Shown: in pieces, positions 34,745 through 43,972 of the stretch
Numbering within the stretch: the first letter of the stretch is position 1
Layout: each line of letters begins with the position of its first letter
Source: Fibrobacterota bacterium
GTDB taxonomy: Bacteria; Fibrobacterota; Fibrobacteria; UBA5070
Direction: 5' to 3'
Length of the DNA: 64,000 nt
Assembly: GCA_029557215.1 (NCBI GenBank)
Contig: JAKPQQ010000116.1
Span: forward strand, 10,103 to 74,102
Translations under genes and position numbers: made by a program
Notes under the pieces: model-generated
Told to the model about the DNA's origin: nothing
What the model saw: the letters and a program-made list of their open reading frames with translations, nothing else
Database searches by the model: none

Positions 34745-36468
34745 CTGCGCACCCTGTCGACGATCGGGCGCCCGATCGAATCCGGCGATGCGAACTCGAA
34801 GACCTGGTATTGGAACGAAATCCGCTTGGCGCCGAATTCCTTGTCCAGGCTCTCGATGCGGACGATGTCGAATTCCTTCCCGAACCGCTTGAGGGTCGCG
34901 GTGGTCCTGTCGATCGAGATCAGGAAGCGGTTGGTCGACTCGTCGACCAGCACCGGAGAAAACTGGAAGATCCGATTGGACGCAAGCTTCTGGAGCGGTT
35001 TGCGTTCGTACTCGATCGCCACGAAGAGCGATCGGATGTCGGCCCCGACGAGTTTGGGCGTGCTGTGGTAGCTCGAGACGATTTCCGGCTCGATCAGGTT
35101 GTCGCCGTCCAGATTCAGGATCAGTTCTCCCGCCGCGATCAATTCGTAGGGGGTCTTCTGGCGGCCGACGGAAGCAGGTGCAGGCGGCGTCCCGTGGTTG
35201 TGGTCGGCGCGGGCGAAGGCGGCGGATGTCCCGGCCGACACGCCCAACCCGAAGCTCGTCTGCGCCGATGGCGCTCCACCCGGCACCGGCACCACGGTGG
35301 CGGGAAACGGCACGCCTTTCCATTTTCCGTCGACGTATCTCAGGATGTCGTTGGGCGATGGCGTTTCGGGAGCGACGGGTTGCTTTTGAAGTCCCACGAC
35401 GGTCGCATCTCCCAGCGAACCCGACAGGTCGCCTCCCGCAGCCGGGAGCACGGGAGGGGCCACCGGGGCCGCGACCATTTCCTTGAGGTCCTTGGCCATT
35501 TCCTGCACCGCGCGCAGGCTCAGGAGGTCGGGGCGCTCGGAATGATCCAGCACCATGGTTCGCGTGCCGTCGAATACCCATTTCGCGTTCGCGTTCTTGA
35601 GCAACGGGATCCAAAGCCCGGCCAGGGCCAAGGTGTTCGCGGCGGGACGGGACGCGTCGGAGCACGAGACCGACCAGAGCGGACGCAGTTCGGTGTTCCA
35701 AAGGCGCAGCACCGAACGCAGCAGTTCCTCCTTGTAGAACAGGTCCGCCGGCGGCGCGCCTTCCAGGAAATCGGACGGGACGATCGTCGATCCCGCCGGG
35801 CGTTCGATCCATTCCTTCGCGGCCTTGCGGATCGCCGTCAGGATCTGTTCTTCGGTGCAGGTCGTGGTCTGGTCGATGCCGATCGAAAGGGTCCACTGGA
35901 AGAAGTCGCGGATCGCGTCTTCTTCCGTCTGATCGGGTCGAGACCACGAGAGATCCAAAAGGAATCCGTCCTGGACCCGCGACGGCGCCGTGAGCTTGTC
36001 GTCGGTGCGGCACGGGTCTCCGGGAACGGGGACGTCGGCGCATTTGCTTTCGCAGAACGACAGCGTCACCCACGCCTTGGCCCAGTCGCCGGTTTGTCCC
36101 GACGGTGCGCCGGAGAGCTTGAACGTGTCCGCGTCGAGCTCCCCGACCCAATTGGCGACGTTGCAGCACTGGTCGGAATCGACATGCACGAGCTTCCCGT
36201 TGGGGAGCAGCGCGGCGCCCGGGCCGGTGCGCAGACCGACCACGAGGTCTCCCGGCTGTTCGGGAGGATCGATCGAGACCCGCAGCCCCGACAAGGTCCC
36301 CCAACCCAAGGCCAGCCTCGAGAGGGCTTCGCGGTGCGAACTGTGGTAGGTCGATTCCTGCACGAAGTCGTCGACCCCGAGGATCATGCCCAGGGAGTAG
36401 TTGACCCTGCGGCAGGGATCCACCGCGGCGGTGGACGTTCCGTTCTGGCATCCGCAACCCATGTTCAT
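34741..36468 (-). CDS. CIS fibre-like protein, Cys-rich N-terminus, 575 aa
   Basis: ATG at 36468 overlaps the gpI-like stop (ATGA). Begins MNMGCGCQNG...DPC. Then NYSLGMILGVDDFVQESTYHSSHREAL...GTLSGLRVSI, the same adaptor motif as the next gene. Further Cys pairs at SDQCCNV and FCESKCADVPVPGDPC. Confidence 0.65.
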   Translation of the reverse strand: MNMGCGCQNGTSTAAVDPCRRVNYSLGMILGVDDFVQESTYHSSHREALSRLALGWGTLSGLRVSIDPPEQPGDLVVGLRTGPGAALLPNGKLVHVDSDQCCNVANWVGELDADTFKLSGAPSGQTGDWAKAWVTLSFCESKCADVPVPGDPCRTDDKLTAPSRVQDGFLLDLSWSRPDQTEEDAIRDFFQWTLSIGIDQTTTCTEEQILTAIRKAAKEWIERPAGSTIVPSDFLEGAPPADLFYKEELLRSVLRLWNTELRPLWSVSCSDASRPAANTLALAGLWIPLLKNANAKWVFDGTRTMVLDHSERPDLLSLRAVQEMAKDLKEMVAAPVAPPVLPAAGGDLSGSLGDATVVGLQKQPVAPETPSPNDILRYVDGKWKGVPFPATVVPVPGGAPSAQTSFGLGVSAGTSAAFARADHNHGTPPAPASVGRQKTPYELIAAGELILNLDGDNLIEPEIVSSYHSTPKLVGADIRSLFVAIEYERKPLQKLASNRIFQFSPVLVDESTNRFLISIDRTTATLKRFGKEFDIVRIESLDKEFGAKRISFQYQVFEFASPDSIGRPIVDRVRR

Positions 36469-39290
36469 TCTCCTTCTTTTCTGCCCAGGGCATGATCCAG
36501 CCGGATTCTGTCGTCCGGTGGAGGTTCGTAGGGAATTCTGGTGGACCCCACATGGCTCGAGCCGAGCCTGAACCAGGGGGCGAACGCGTCGGCGCGGCTT
36601 CCCGCGTCCAGCACGGTGTCCAGTCCAAGGCGCGCCTGGCCCAGCCTGAACAAGGCCCAGTACGGCTCGACGTCGAAGCTCGTGTGGGCGGGCTTTTCCA
36701 GCGCGGCGATGCGGCGGGCGTGGTCGCGCCTGCGCTCGAAATCGGCCGGGTCGTCCAGAGGCCCCGCCGTGGGGATCAGGACGCGGAACCGATGCGCCAG
36801 CGAGTGGATCGGTTCCAGGAAGGTCTCGAACACGATCCAGTCGCGCAAGGCTTCTTCCTGGTCGGGGACGCGCGCGAAGGGCGGGATCGATTCGAAGGAC
36901 GCGCAATCTCGCTTCCATGCGTTGTTCAACCGCTCGATGTCCAGCCATCTGCGGCGCAGGTATCCCTGCCAGCGTTCCAGCCGGTGCCGGGCCTTCGGTG
37001 GCATCGCGTTCGGATTTCCCAGCCAGTCGACCTTTCTGTTGCCGGTTTCCGACAAAACGGTTTCCGGCAATACTCCGCAGGCGTCGATCGTGTCGCGGGC
37101 GAAGCTGGGAACCAGACCGATCTGTTCCAGGCAGAATCCGGTCCAAAGCGCCTGGAGTTCGGGCTTCGTCTGGAGGATCGGGAATTCCGATTCGTTTCCT
37201 CCGGTGGCTTTCGACCACCTTCGATGCAGCTCCGCGGCGCCCATGGAGGGAGTCCATGCGGCGACGGTGGTGGATTCGGCCGACTCCAGATCCGACATCG
37301 TCTGTCCGGTGAAGGCGGGAGAACGACCGCGCGTCAGGAATCGTTCCACGATCCGGATTCCGAACGGCTGGGTCTGCGACGGGGCGGGAAGCGCGAAATC
37401 CTGGTCGCGCAGGCATTCCGACATCCCGATCCGCAGGGCGAGGATGATCCCTTGCGGGGTTCCGCGGTAGGAGAACAAGGTGGGCGCGTGGCGGATCAGG
37501 AGCCTTCGGCGCCGCTCGTCGAGCGCGGGATCCAGCGCGAGTCCCAACCACCCGGCCAACCAATCCAAGGTGGAGTCGGGAGCGGTGCGGACGTCGAACA
37601 GCGCGGTCGATCCGACGATCCGATCCTCCATGGAGGTGAGCATGCCTTCGAAGTTCGCCAGGAACCGTTCCAGGAAATCCCTGGACGATTCGTCTTCGCG
37701 GTAGATGGGAGGAAGATATTCGTCCACGTACGAGAACCGGGGGTTCCAGACCCGCACGGCATGCAGCGAAGGCGTGCGCATCTCGTCGCATTCCAGGCGC
37801 AACCGCAGTTCCAGGAATCGTCCTTTGATCGATTGCAGCAGCAGCTCCCACGTGCCCTGTCCCTTGCCGGCGTCGGTGGCGATCCCGCTCCAGGGGATCT
37901 CCGATCCCGAACGGCGCAGGACGGGCGCGGGTTGTTCGCGAAACGGCGACGATTCCAGATCGGCCTCGGTGTCGGCGGCGCGGGCGGAGACGACCACCGA
38001 AGATCCAGACGGAATCTGTCCATCCAGCATCACCCGGTGCCAGGCGGTTCCGGGGAGTCCGCCGTCGATCCGCGGCGAGACGACCACGGCCTCGGGCGCG
38101 TGGCGTCTGCGGCGAAGCTCGACCAGAGGAACCCACGCGCCGTCCGACAGGTACCATGCGCCCGACGGCCCGCCGACGAGGTCGATTCCGGCGTAGCGCC
38201 GCAAGGGGAGTTCGCTCGCCGCGACCCGCGCTTCCAGGGTGGATCGGGTTTCTTCCAGGACGAACCTCCACGCCTGGTTGCCGTCTTCCGACACGACCAG
38301 CGCCGCGGGAGAGGACGGGTCCTCCAGATCCACGACCAGGTCGTGGCCGCGCAGGGTGAATGTTCCGTCGGCGCCGCGCAGGACCCCGGAGGCCTGTTCC
38401 AGGGAGACCGATCCCGCGAGGCGCCCTTGGCGGTACAGGGAGATCCGCCCGAACCCGGAGGATTCCCTCCGCTCCAGCACAAGACAGGATCCGTCGGGAA
38501 GCAGATCCACCGCCACGGGATCCCACGAGGCGTCGAGCTTCCAGGGGAGAAGCCGTTCGTCTTTGTCGGGCGCCGGAATCGCCGGGGCGGCCGGGTCGGG
38601 GCCGAACGCGGACGTTGCTGGATCGCGTCGGGGCGCGCCGGTGTCGAGCGCGCGGTCCAGCATCCAGACGACCTTGTCCGTCCGGTCCAGGACCGCGACG
38701 GTGCCGTCGGCCGAGCAGGCCATGTCGTGGATCGACAATTTCCGGGAGCGAGTCCAGTCGATCCTCGTGGGCGGTCCGCCCGCGACCAGGTCGAACAGGT
38801 GGAACCCGGGAGCGTCCCCCGCGATCCCGCACAGCAGGTGGTGTCCCGGAAGCACGGCCAGCCCCGCGAGCGTCGGCGGGGACGGCCGTGGCTCCGATGC
38901 GGGGCGGAACGCCCCGGAACCGGAACCGGTCCGGGCGACGGGGGGCGGCCAGAACCGCGAATCGGATCCGTCGCCGGAATTCGTCACCAGGATGGAAGTC
39001 CTGTCCTGCGAGATCCTGTAGACGTTCCCGAACCGGTCGCGGGCCGCGCTTCGTCGATCGTCCAGCGTGGGCCGGAAGTCGTTGGCCGATGCCTTGAACC
39101 CCTGGGTGCGCGCGGAAAGCTCGAGGGATCCCGATTTGCGGTTCCACGAGACCGGGCAGGCCGCCGCGGGATCGTTCCACGTCTGGTCCAACGTCCTCCA
39201 GGTTCCTTCGGCGGACGACGGCGCGCGGAACCGCCCCCAGTCGTCCTTGCCCAGGAACAGCGCGAACCGGCTGCGGTTGGAATCCCGCAT
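36465..39290 (-). CDS. baseplate protein, P2 gpI / Afp12-like (phage tail protein I domain) with large N-terminal extension, 941 aa
   Basis: ATG at 39290 shares a base with the gpJ stop. Conserved block RFSYVDEYLPPIYREDESSRDFLERFLANFEGML...TLDWLAGWLGLALD...RRRLLIRHAPTLFSYRGT. Confidence 0.8.
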   Translation of the reverse strand: MRDSNRSRFALFLGKDDWGRFRAPSSAEGTWRTLDQTWNDPAAACPVSWNRKSGSLELSARTQGFKASANDFRPTLDDRRSAARDRFGNVYRISQDRTSILVTNSGDGSDSRFWPPPVARTGSGSGAFRPASEPRPSPPTLAGLAVLPGHHLLCGIAGDAPGFHLFDLVAGGPPTRIDWTRSRKLSIHDMACSADGTVAVLDRTDKVVWMLDRALDTGAPRRDPATSAFGPDPAAPAIPAPDKDERLLPWKLDASWDPVAVDLLPDGSCLVLERRESSGFGRISLYRQGRLAGSVSLEQASGVLRGADGTFTLRGHDLVVDLEDPSSPAALVVSEDGNQAWRFVLEETRSTLEARVAASELPLRRYAGIDLVGGPSGAWYLSDGAWVPLVELRRRRHAPEAVVVSPRIDGGLPGTAWHRVMLDGQIPSGSSVVVSARAADTEADLESSPFREQPAPVLRRSGSEIPWSGIATDAGKGQGTWELLLQSIKGRFLELRLRLECDEMRTPSLHAVRVWNPRFSYVDEYLPPIYREDESSRDFLERFLANFEGMLTSMEDRIVGSTALFDVRTAPDSTLDWLAGWLGLALDPALDERRRRLLIRHAPTLFSYRGTPQGIILALRIGMSECLRDQDFALPAPSQTQPFGIRIVERFLTRGRSPAFTGQTMSDLESAESTTVAAWTPSMGAAELHRRWSKATGGNESEFPILQTKPELQALWTGFCLEQIGLVPSFARDTIDACGVLPETVLSETGNRKVDWLGNPNAMPPKARHRLERWQGYLRRRWLDIERLNNAWKRDCASFESIPPFARVPDQEEALRDWIVFETFLEPIHSLAHRFRVLIPTAGPLDDPADFERRRDHARRIAALEKPAHTSFDVEPYWALFRLGQARLGLDTVLDAGSRADAFAPWFRLGSSHVGSTRIPYEPPPDDRIRLDHALGRKEGE

Positions 39291-41566
39291 CAGCAGGTCT
39301 CCGCGACCACGGGCACCGGCACCTGGCGCGAGACGACGCCTCCGGATTCCGTCTCGACTTCCGGCGCGGTCTTGCCGTCGAGCATGGAAAGCGGGAGGGC
39401 GGGGCCGACCATGACGGAAATCGCCGAGATCCACGGGAGCTCGAGTCCTTCCAGGCGAATGCCGTCCTGGTGCTTGGCGGAATCGAGCGATCCCAGCAGA
39501 AGCTGGTCGATCCGCAGGACGCCGTCCTCGCGGGCGGCTTCCACGAGGATCTCCAGGGCGTTGACCTCCTTGCGCAGCGGCCATCCCGATTCCATGACCT
39601 TCGGTCCGCCGTCGGCGGTCGCGGTTTCGCGCACCGGCGACAGATATCGGCGAAGCCTCCGTTCCAACCGGTCCCTCACGTCGGGGGCGGAAAACCCGCC
39701 CGCCACCGTGATCCCGAGGCTCAGACGGATTCCGACATACTTGGGGCCCTGCACGACGATCTCGGTGGTCACCAGGCGGCGCGGATCCAGATGCCTGCAG
39801 ATCGCGTCCAGCATGGTGGCGTCGGGTGTCGGGCGGCCGGGGTTCGCCGCGTCGGCGCGCGGGACCACCATCAGCGTGACGGTTCCGGGAACGTCGCCGG
39901 GAAGGCTCGTGGCGAGGTCGGGGTGCCACGCCGGAACCACGTCGATGCGCGCGAGATCCACACCCGGGGTGGAGCGCGCGATCTCGGCGAAGTCTTCGGC
40001 GGTGACCAGCCGATCCCGGTGGCGCATCCAGCTCGAGACCCGCCTGGATCCGGTCTCCACGCTCTCGCGGTCGGAACCGCCCCAGGTGGCGATCGGGTTG
40101 GTCGGCTTGATGTCCACCGGGAGATCCGGACCCGATTTGATCGAATCCTTGGGAAGGTTCCCCTGCGATCCGGTGCAGGTGTGGTAGCGTGCGATCACCT
40201 TGGTTCCCGCGGCGGGGCGTCTTCCGCGCAGGCCGTCCCCGAACCGGACGGTCCCCGCCGCGGCGTCCACCGCGAAGACGTCCACCGGCCGGTGGTCGAC
40301 GCTGCCGCTGCCGGGAGGCGAGGCGGGATCCGTCCAGCGCACTTCGGGTCCGGCCGCGGCGAGGTCGTCGATTTCCGTCCAGGCTTGTCCGGAATCCGAC
40401 GGCACCACGCGCACTTCCACCGTGGAGGCCACCACTCCCGGGTGCTGGAGCCTGAACTCCTGGTCCGGACCACCGTCGCCCGTTCCCAGCACCTCGTTTT
40501 CCACGATCTTGCGCTGCTCGATCCAGCAGGCGTTGACGCCGGCCCACAGGATGGAAAAATCGGACGAGGTCGACGGCTCGACCCGCAGCCATCCCACCAC
40601 GCGGTCGGCCAGACGGGAATCGTCGAGCGCGGGAGGGAACTCGCCCACGCCGGATTCCAGCGGGTCGATGTCGTCCCAAGGGGAGATGTCCAGATCGGAG
40701 GGATCGGACGGGAGCTGGATCTCCAGCACGTCGGGACCCTGGTGCAGCGAGGTGCCGCCCCGGAAGGGCCGGGATCTCCATCCCGCGACGGCCTTGCCGT
40801 TTTCCGACGTCGCGAAAGGGGTTTCCACCTTCGCGACGGGAGTCGGGTCGTCCAGGCTTCCCGCACCGCGCGTCGCTCCCAGGCTCCGGGGCCGGTCGGC
40901 CAGATGCGGGGCCAGCCCCAGGCTCAGGTATCTGCCCGCCAGATCGCGCCAGACCCGCTTGCGCGCCTCGTCGCGCCCTTGCGCGGAGGGCGCCTTGGGA
41001 AGCAGCAACGCGATCCACAGCCGTCCGTCCACCGTCTGCGAGCCCAGATCGACCGGTGTCCCGCCGTCGAGGATGCGGGTGCGGTAGGTGACCAAGTTCG
41101 GGGTCTTCCGCTTCAGCGAGCGGTAGAGGCTGTCGTAGTACGCGGTCTGCGCGTCGGAAAGCCTGGCCTTCTCCTTGACCATCGCCAGGGCGGCCACGGG
41201 GACCACGTCGATGGCTGCGGCGGTCCGGAACGGGACGGCTCCGGCGCGAAGCTCCATGCCCGCGTCCAATCGGACGGATTCCGTCCGATTTCCGGGATCG
41301 AACGTCGCGATGCCGCGCGCCGGGCGGGCGGGCGAAAGCTTCAGGCCCAGCAGATCGAGGAACTTGGAACGCGCCGCGTCGGGAACGCGGTTGGCGCGGT
41401 ACAGCACGCTTTCGGCCATGAAGGCGAACAGCTCCACCATCGTGACGCCGGGGTCGCTTTCCCCCAGATGCGTCCATTCCGGCGTATGGGCCGGAATCCG
41501 GTCCAGCGCTTCGCGTACCAGGTCCTGGAACCTGCGGTCGTCGATCTTGGGTGCCGGGAAGGTCAT
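39290..41566 (-). CDS. baseplate J-like protein (gpJ/gp6/Afp11-like), 758 aa
   Basis: The N-terminus MTFPAPKIDDRRFQDLVREALDRIPAHTPEWTHLGESDPGVTMVELFAFMAESVLYRAN is the classic Baseplate_J start. GGAG RBS. Confidence 0.85.
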   Translation of the reverse strand: MTFPAPKIDDRRFQDLVREALDRIPAHTPEWTHLGESDPGVTMVELFAFMAESVLYRANRVPDAARSKFLDLLGLKLSPARPARGIATFDPGNRTESVRLDAGMELRAGAVPFRTAAAIDVVPVAALAMVKEKARLSDAQTAYYDSLYRSLKRKTPNLVTYRTRILDGGTPVDLGSQTVDGRLWIALLLPKAPSAQGRDEARKRVWRDLAGRYLSLGLAPHLADRPRSLGATRGAGSLDDPTPVAKVETPFATSENGKAVAGWRSRPFRGGTSLHQGPDVLEIQLPSDPSDLDISPWDDIDPLESGVGEFPPALDDSRLADRVVGWLRVEPSTSSDFSILWAGVNACWIEQRKIVENEVLGTGDGGPDQEFRLQHPGVVASTVEVRVVPSDSGQAWTEIDDLAAAGPEVRWTDPASPPGSGSVDHRPVDVFAVDAAAGTVRFGDGLRGRRPAAGTKVIARYHTCTGSQGNLPKDSIKSGPDLPVDIKPTNPIATWGGSDRESVETGSRRVSSWMRHRDRLVTAEDFAEIARSTPGVDLARIDVVPAWHPDLATSLPGDVPGTVTLMVVPRADAANPGRPTPDATMLDAICRHLDPRRLVTTEIVVQGPKYVGIRLSLGITVAGGFSAPDVRDRLERRLRRYLSPVRETATADGGPKVMESGWPLRKEVNALEILVEAAREDGVLRIDQLLLGSLDSAKHQDGIRLEGLELPWISAISVMVGPALPLSMLDGKTAPEVETESGGVVSRQVPVPVVAETC

Positions 41567-41582
41567 GGGATACTCCGGTGCG

Positions 41583-41990
41583 TCATGACAAGGATTGTCC
41601 GGAAACGGGAACCGACAGCGAGACGCGCTGGAGTGCCCTGGTGGCGGCGAGGCGGTACACGACGACCGCGCGCGCCGATTGCGGATCGGCCGCGTCGGCG
41701 GAAACGTCGACGGATTCGAGATCCACGCGAGGTTCCCACCTCGCGATCGCGTCGGAAATCGCCTTGGCGATCTGGGTGTGGGTCTCGAGCGTGTTCGGCT
41801 GGAACAGGAACCGTCCGAGCCCCGCGCCGAACCCGTGCCGGTTCACGCGCTCGCCCGTCCCCGTGGAAAGCAGGATCCGGATCGACTGCGCGATGTTGTC
41901 CTCGCCCGCCGACCACGCGATCCGGCCGAGCTCGTCGACGCGCGGCGGGAAGGCGATCCCCTTCCCGAACAGTTTGGCGGAATCCGTCAT
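41583..41990 (-). CDS. baseplate wedge protein, GPW/gp25 family (Afp9-like), 135 aa
   Basis: GKGIAFPPRVDELGRIAWSAGEDNIAQSIRILLSTGTGERVNRHGFGAGL matches the gp25 pattern. The ATG overlaps the upstream stop (ATGA). Confidence 0.85.
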   Translation of the reverse strand: MTDSAKLFGKGIAFPPRVDELGRIAWSAGEDNIAQSIRILLSTGTGERVNRHGFGAGLGRFLFQPNTLETHTQIAKAISDAIARWEPRVDLESVDVSADAADPQSARAVVVYRLAATRALQRVSLSVPVSGQSLS

Positions 41991-43972
41991 GCGGTCGCAT
42001 CTCCTTTCCGGCTCTTCACGGGAATCCAGAACATGAAGAACGGAAGCCACTTGAAGACCATGTCGAGCAGGGTCACCATGATGATCAGGATGATCAGGGC
42101 GCAGAGCGTGATGATCGGGATCGACACCACGAGCATCATCCCGAGCTCGTTGCCTTTGGCGCAGGACCCTTTGGGGGGATTGGGAAGATCCTTGTGGAAC
42201 GGCCATGGCAGCACGCTCAGGACCAGATCCACGAATCCGATCCCCTTCATGCGCTGGATCTGGCTGCACATCGTTTCCGAAAGCATGAAGACCGTGTTGC
42301 GGTCGGCCTTGCGCAGGCCTTCGGGAGTGGGGTCCACGGGGAGTCCGATCCGCACCGGGCGCACGGGGGCATCCGGATCGAAGTACGATGCCATCCGGAA
42401 GGGAACCGTGGGAGCGCTGAGCAGCGGTCCATGGTGGGTGCATTCGGGGTGGTCGAGCGCGAGCCGGACCACGTACCAGGCATCGCCGCTCTGGACGGGA
42501 ACATCGACGGGATCCGGCAGCGCCGCGGAGTTGTTCGGATCGAGAAGATCCAGGATGCGATCGCGCAAGGACTCCAGTTCGATGTCGAGTGTCGTGGGAG
42601 TCTCGGACCGCGCGGTGTAGGGTCCACCGGAGCAGCCCGGGAAACAGCCGTGCCTGGGGTCGGCGAGCAGGAACCGGAAATCCGGCAGGGCCTTGGCCAG
42701 CTCCTGGTTCTTGTCTGGAATCGCGGGGAAGATGCACTCCGCCAAGGTGTCGCGGTCGATCTTCCGCAGGCGCTCGACGTTCGTCGTCTTTGAACTCGCG
42801 ATCAGCGCCTGGGCGAGGTTCATGCCGAACCCTTCCTCGACGCGAGCGCTGGCTTGCCAAGCGAGAGCTCGGAGGGAGGCGATCCCGCCATCGCCGGATG
42901 CGTCCTCCCGCAGAGCGGCTTGCACAGCCGGCTTTCCGTATCGCAGAAGGAACTCGCGAAGCTCCGCCAGGATCGACCAGCTCGCGAACTGCAGCTTGGA
43001 TCGGAATCGCCAAAGCCGGTCGGGCTTGATCTGATCCACCCCTTGGGACAGTTCCAGATCGACGTTGCCGTCTCCGTCCTTGGGGGGCTTCATGACATCG
43101 CGGACCGGATCCTTGCCATTGGCGTCGAAACAGCTTTCCGACAACGCTTTCCACGGCCCCAGCACCAGCTTGTCCAACAGCGCTGCCAGTTCCTCCTTCC
43201 GGTCCAGCGAAGTCTTCGTGGAGGCGGGTTTGCGTGCGCCGAACGCCGCGTTCTGGTAGGTTTCCCTGCGTCCGACAGGAACCGTCCCCAGGTACAGGCG
43301 CCGCCCGCATCCGTCGATCTCGTGGTAGTGCGCCTGGAACAACGGCAACCTTTCCTCGCCGTCGACGGGGAGGTCTTCCTTGCCGGGAAGGATCCCGATC
43401 CAACGCGGACTGGCACCGGGAACGAAGGCGGCTTCCGTCCACCCGTCCTTGGCGAATCCAAGACCGTCGAACTCCGGTGCGTCCTTGGTTCCGGCACCGC
43501 TCGAGGGGGGCACCAACCGCCGCACGAGCAACGACACCGATTGGTTGCGGGACTTGTCGACCGTGCGGTCCGGAAATCCCGGACGCGCCGTGCAGGCGAG
43601 GACTCCGGAGACCAGGTAGTGCCTCTGGTGGGCGGGTTGGTAGAGCTTCAAGGCTCCGGTGTCGGGTTTGTCGATCCTGGGCGCGGGCGATCGCGCGAGC
43701 AGCCTGCGGTGCAGCTTGCGGAACGGTCCGGATCCCGTCGACGCGTCCACGGCGAGGAGCGCTTCGCTCCTGCGGCTGGGACCTCTCCAGGTCTCGGGTT
43801 CGGCTTCCAGCGCGGGCAGTCCGCGCGGATCGCGCTCCAGAAGCCCGAACAGTTCCTCCATGAAGGAATCCGTCGCGAACCGCAGGATCCGCGGGCGCGG
43901 CATGTCGTCGTCTTCCGGCGCATCGCCGTTCCAGAACGGGACCGGCGCGGTCCACTTTGCGGGGTGCTTCAT
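41987..43972 (-). CDS. unassigned 661-aa CIS-embedded protein with C-terminal transmembrane anchor
   Basis: ATG at 43972 shares a base with the spike stop. Its stop overlaps the gp25 ATG. Protein-like throughout. The C-terminus LGMMLVVSIPIITLCALIILIIMVTLLDMVFKWLPFFMFWIPV is strongly hydrophobic. No family recognised. Confidence 0.7.
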   Translation of the reverse strand: MKHPAKWTAPVPFWNGDAPEDDDMPRPRILRFATDSFMEELFGLLERDPRGLPALEAEPETWRGPSRRSEALLAVDASTGSGPFRKLHRRLLARSPAPRIDKPDTGALKLYQPAHQRHYLVSGVLACTARPGFPDRTVDKSRNQSVSLLVRRLVPPSSGAGTKDAPEFDGLGFAKDGWTEAAFVPGASPRWIGILPGKEDLPVDGEERLPLFQAHYHEIDGCGRRLYLGTVPVGRRETYQNAAFGARKPASTKTSLDRKEELAALLDKLVLGPWKALSESCFDANGKDPVRDVMKPPKDGDGNVDLELSQGVDQIKPDRLWRFRSKLQFASWSILAELREFLLRYGKPAVQAALREDASGDGGIASLRALAWQASARVEEGFGMNLAQALIASSKTTNVERLRKIDRDTLAECIFPAIPDKNQELAKALPDFRFLLADPRHGCFPGCSGGPYTARSETPTTLDIELESLRDRILDLLDPNNSAALPDPVDVPVQSGDAWYVVRLALDHPECTHHGPLLSAPTVPFRMASYFDPDAPVRPVRIGLPVDPTPEGLRKADRNTVFMLSETMCSQIQRMKGIGFVDLVLSVLPWPFHKDLPNPPKGSCAKGNELGMMLVVSIPIITLCALIILIIMVTLLDMVFKWLPFFMFWIPVKSRKGDATA

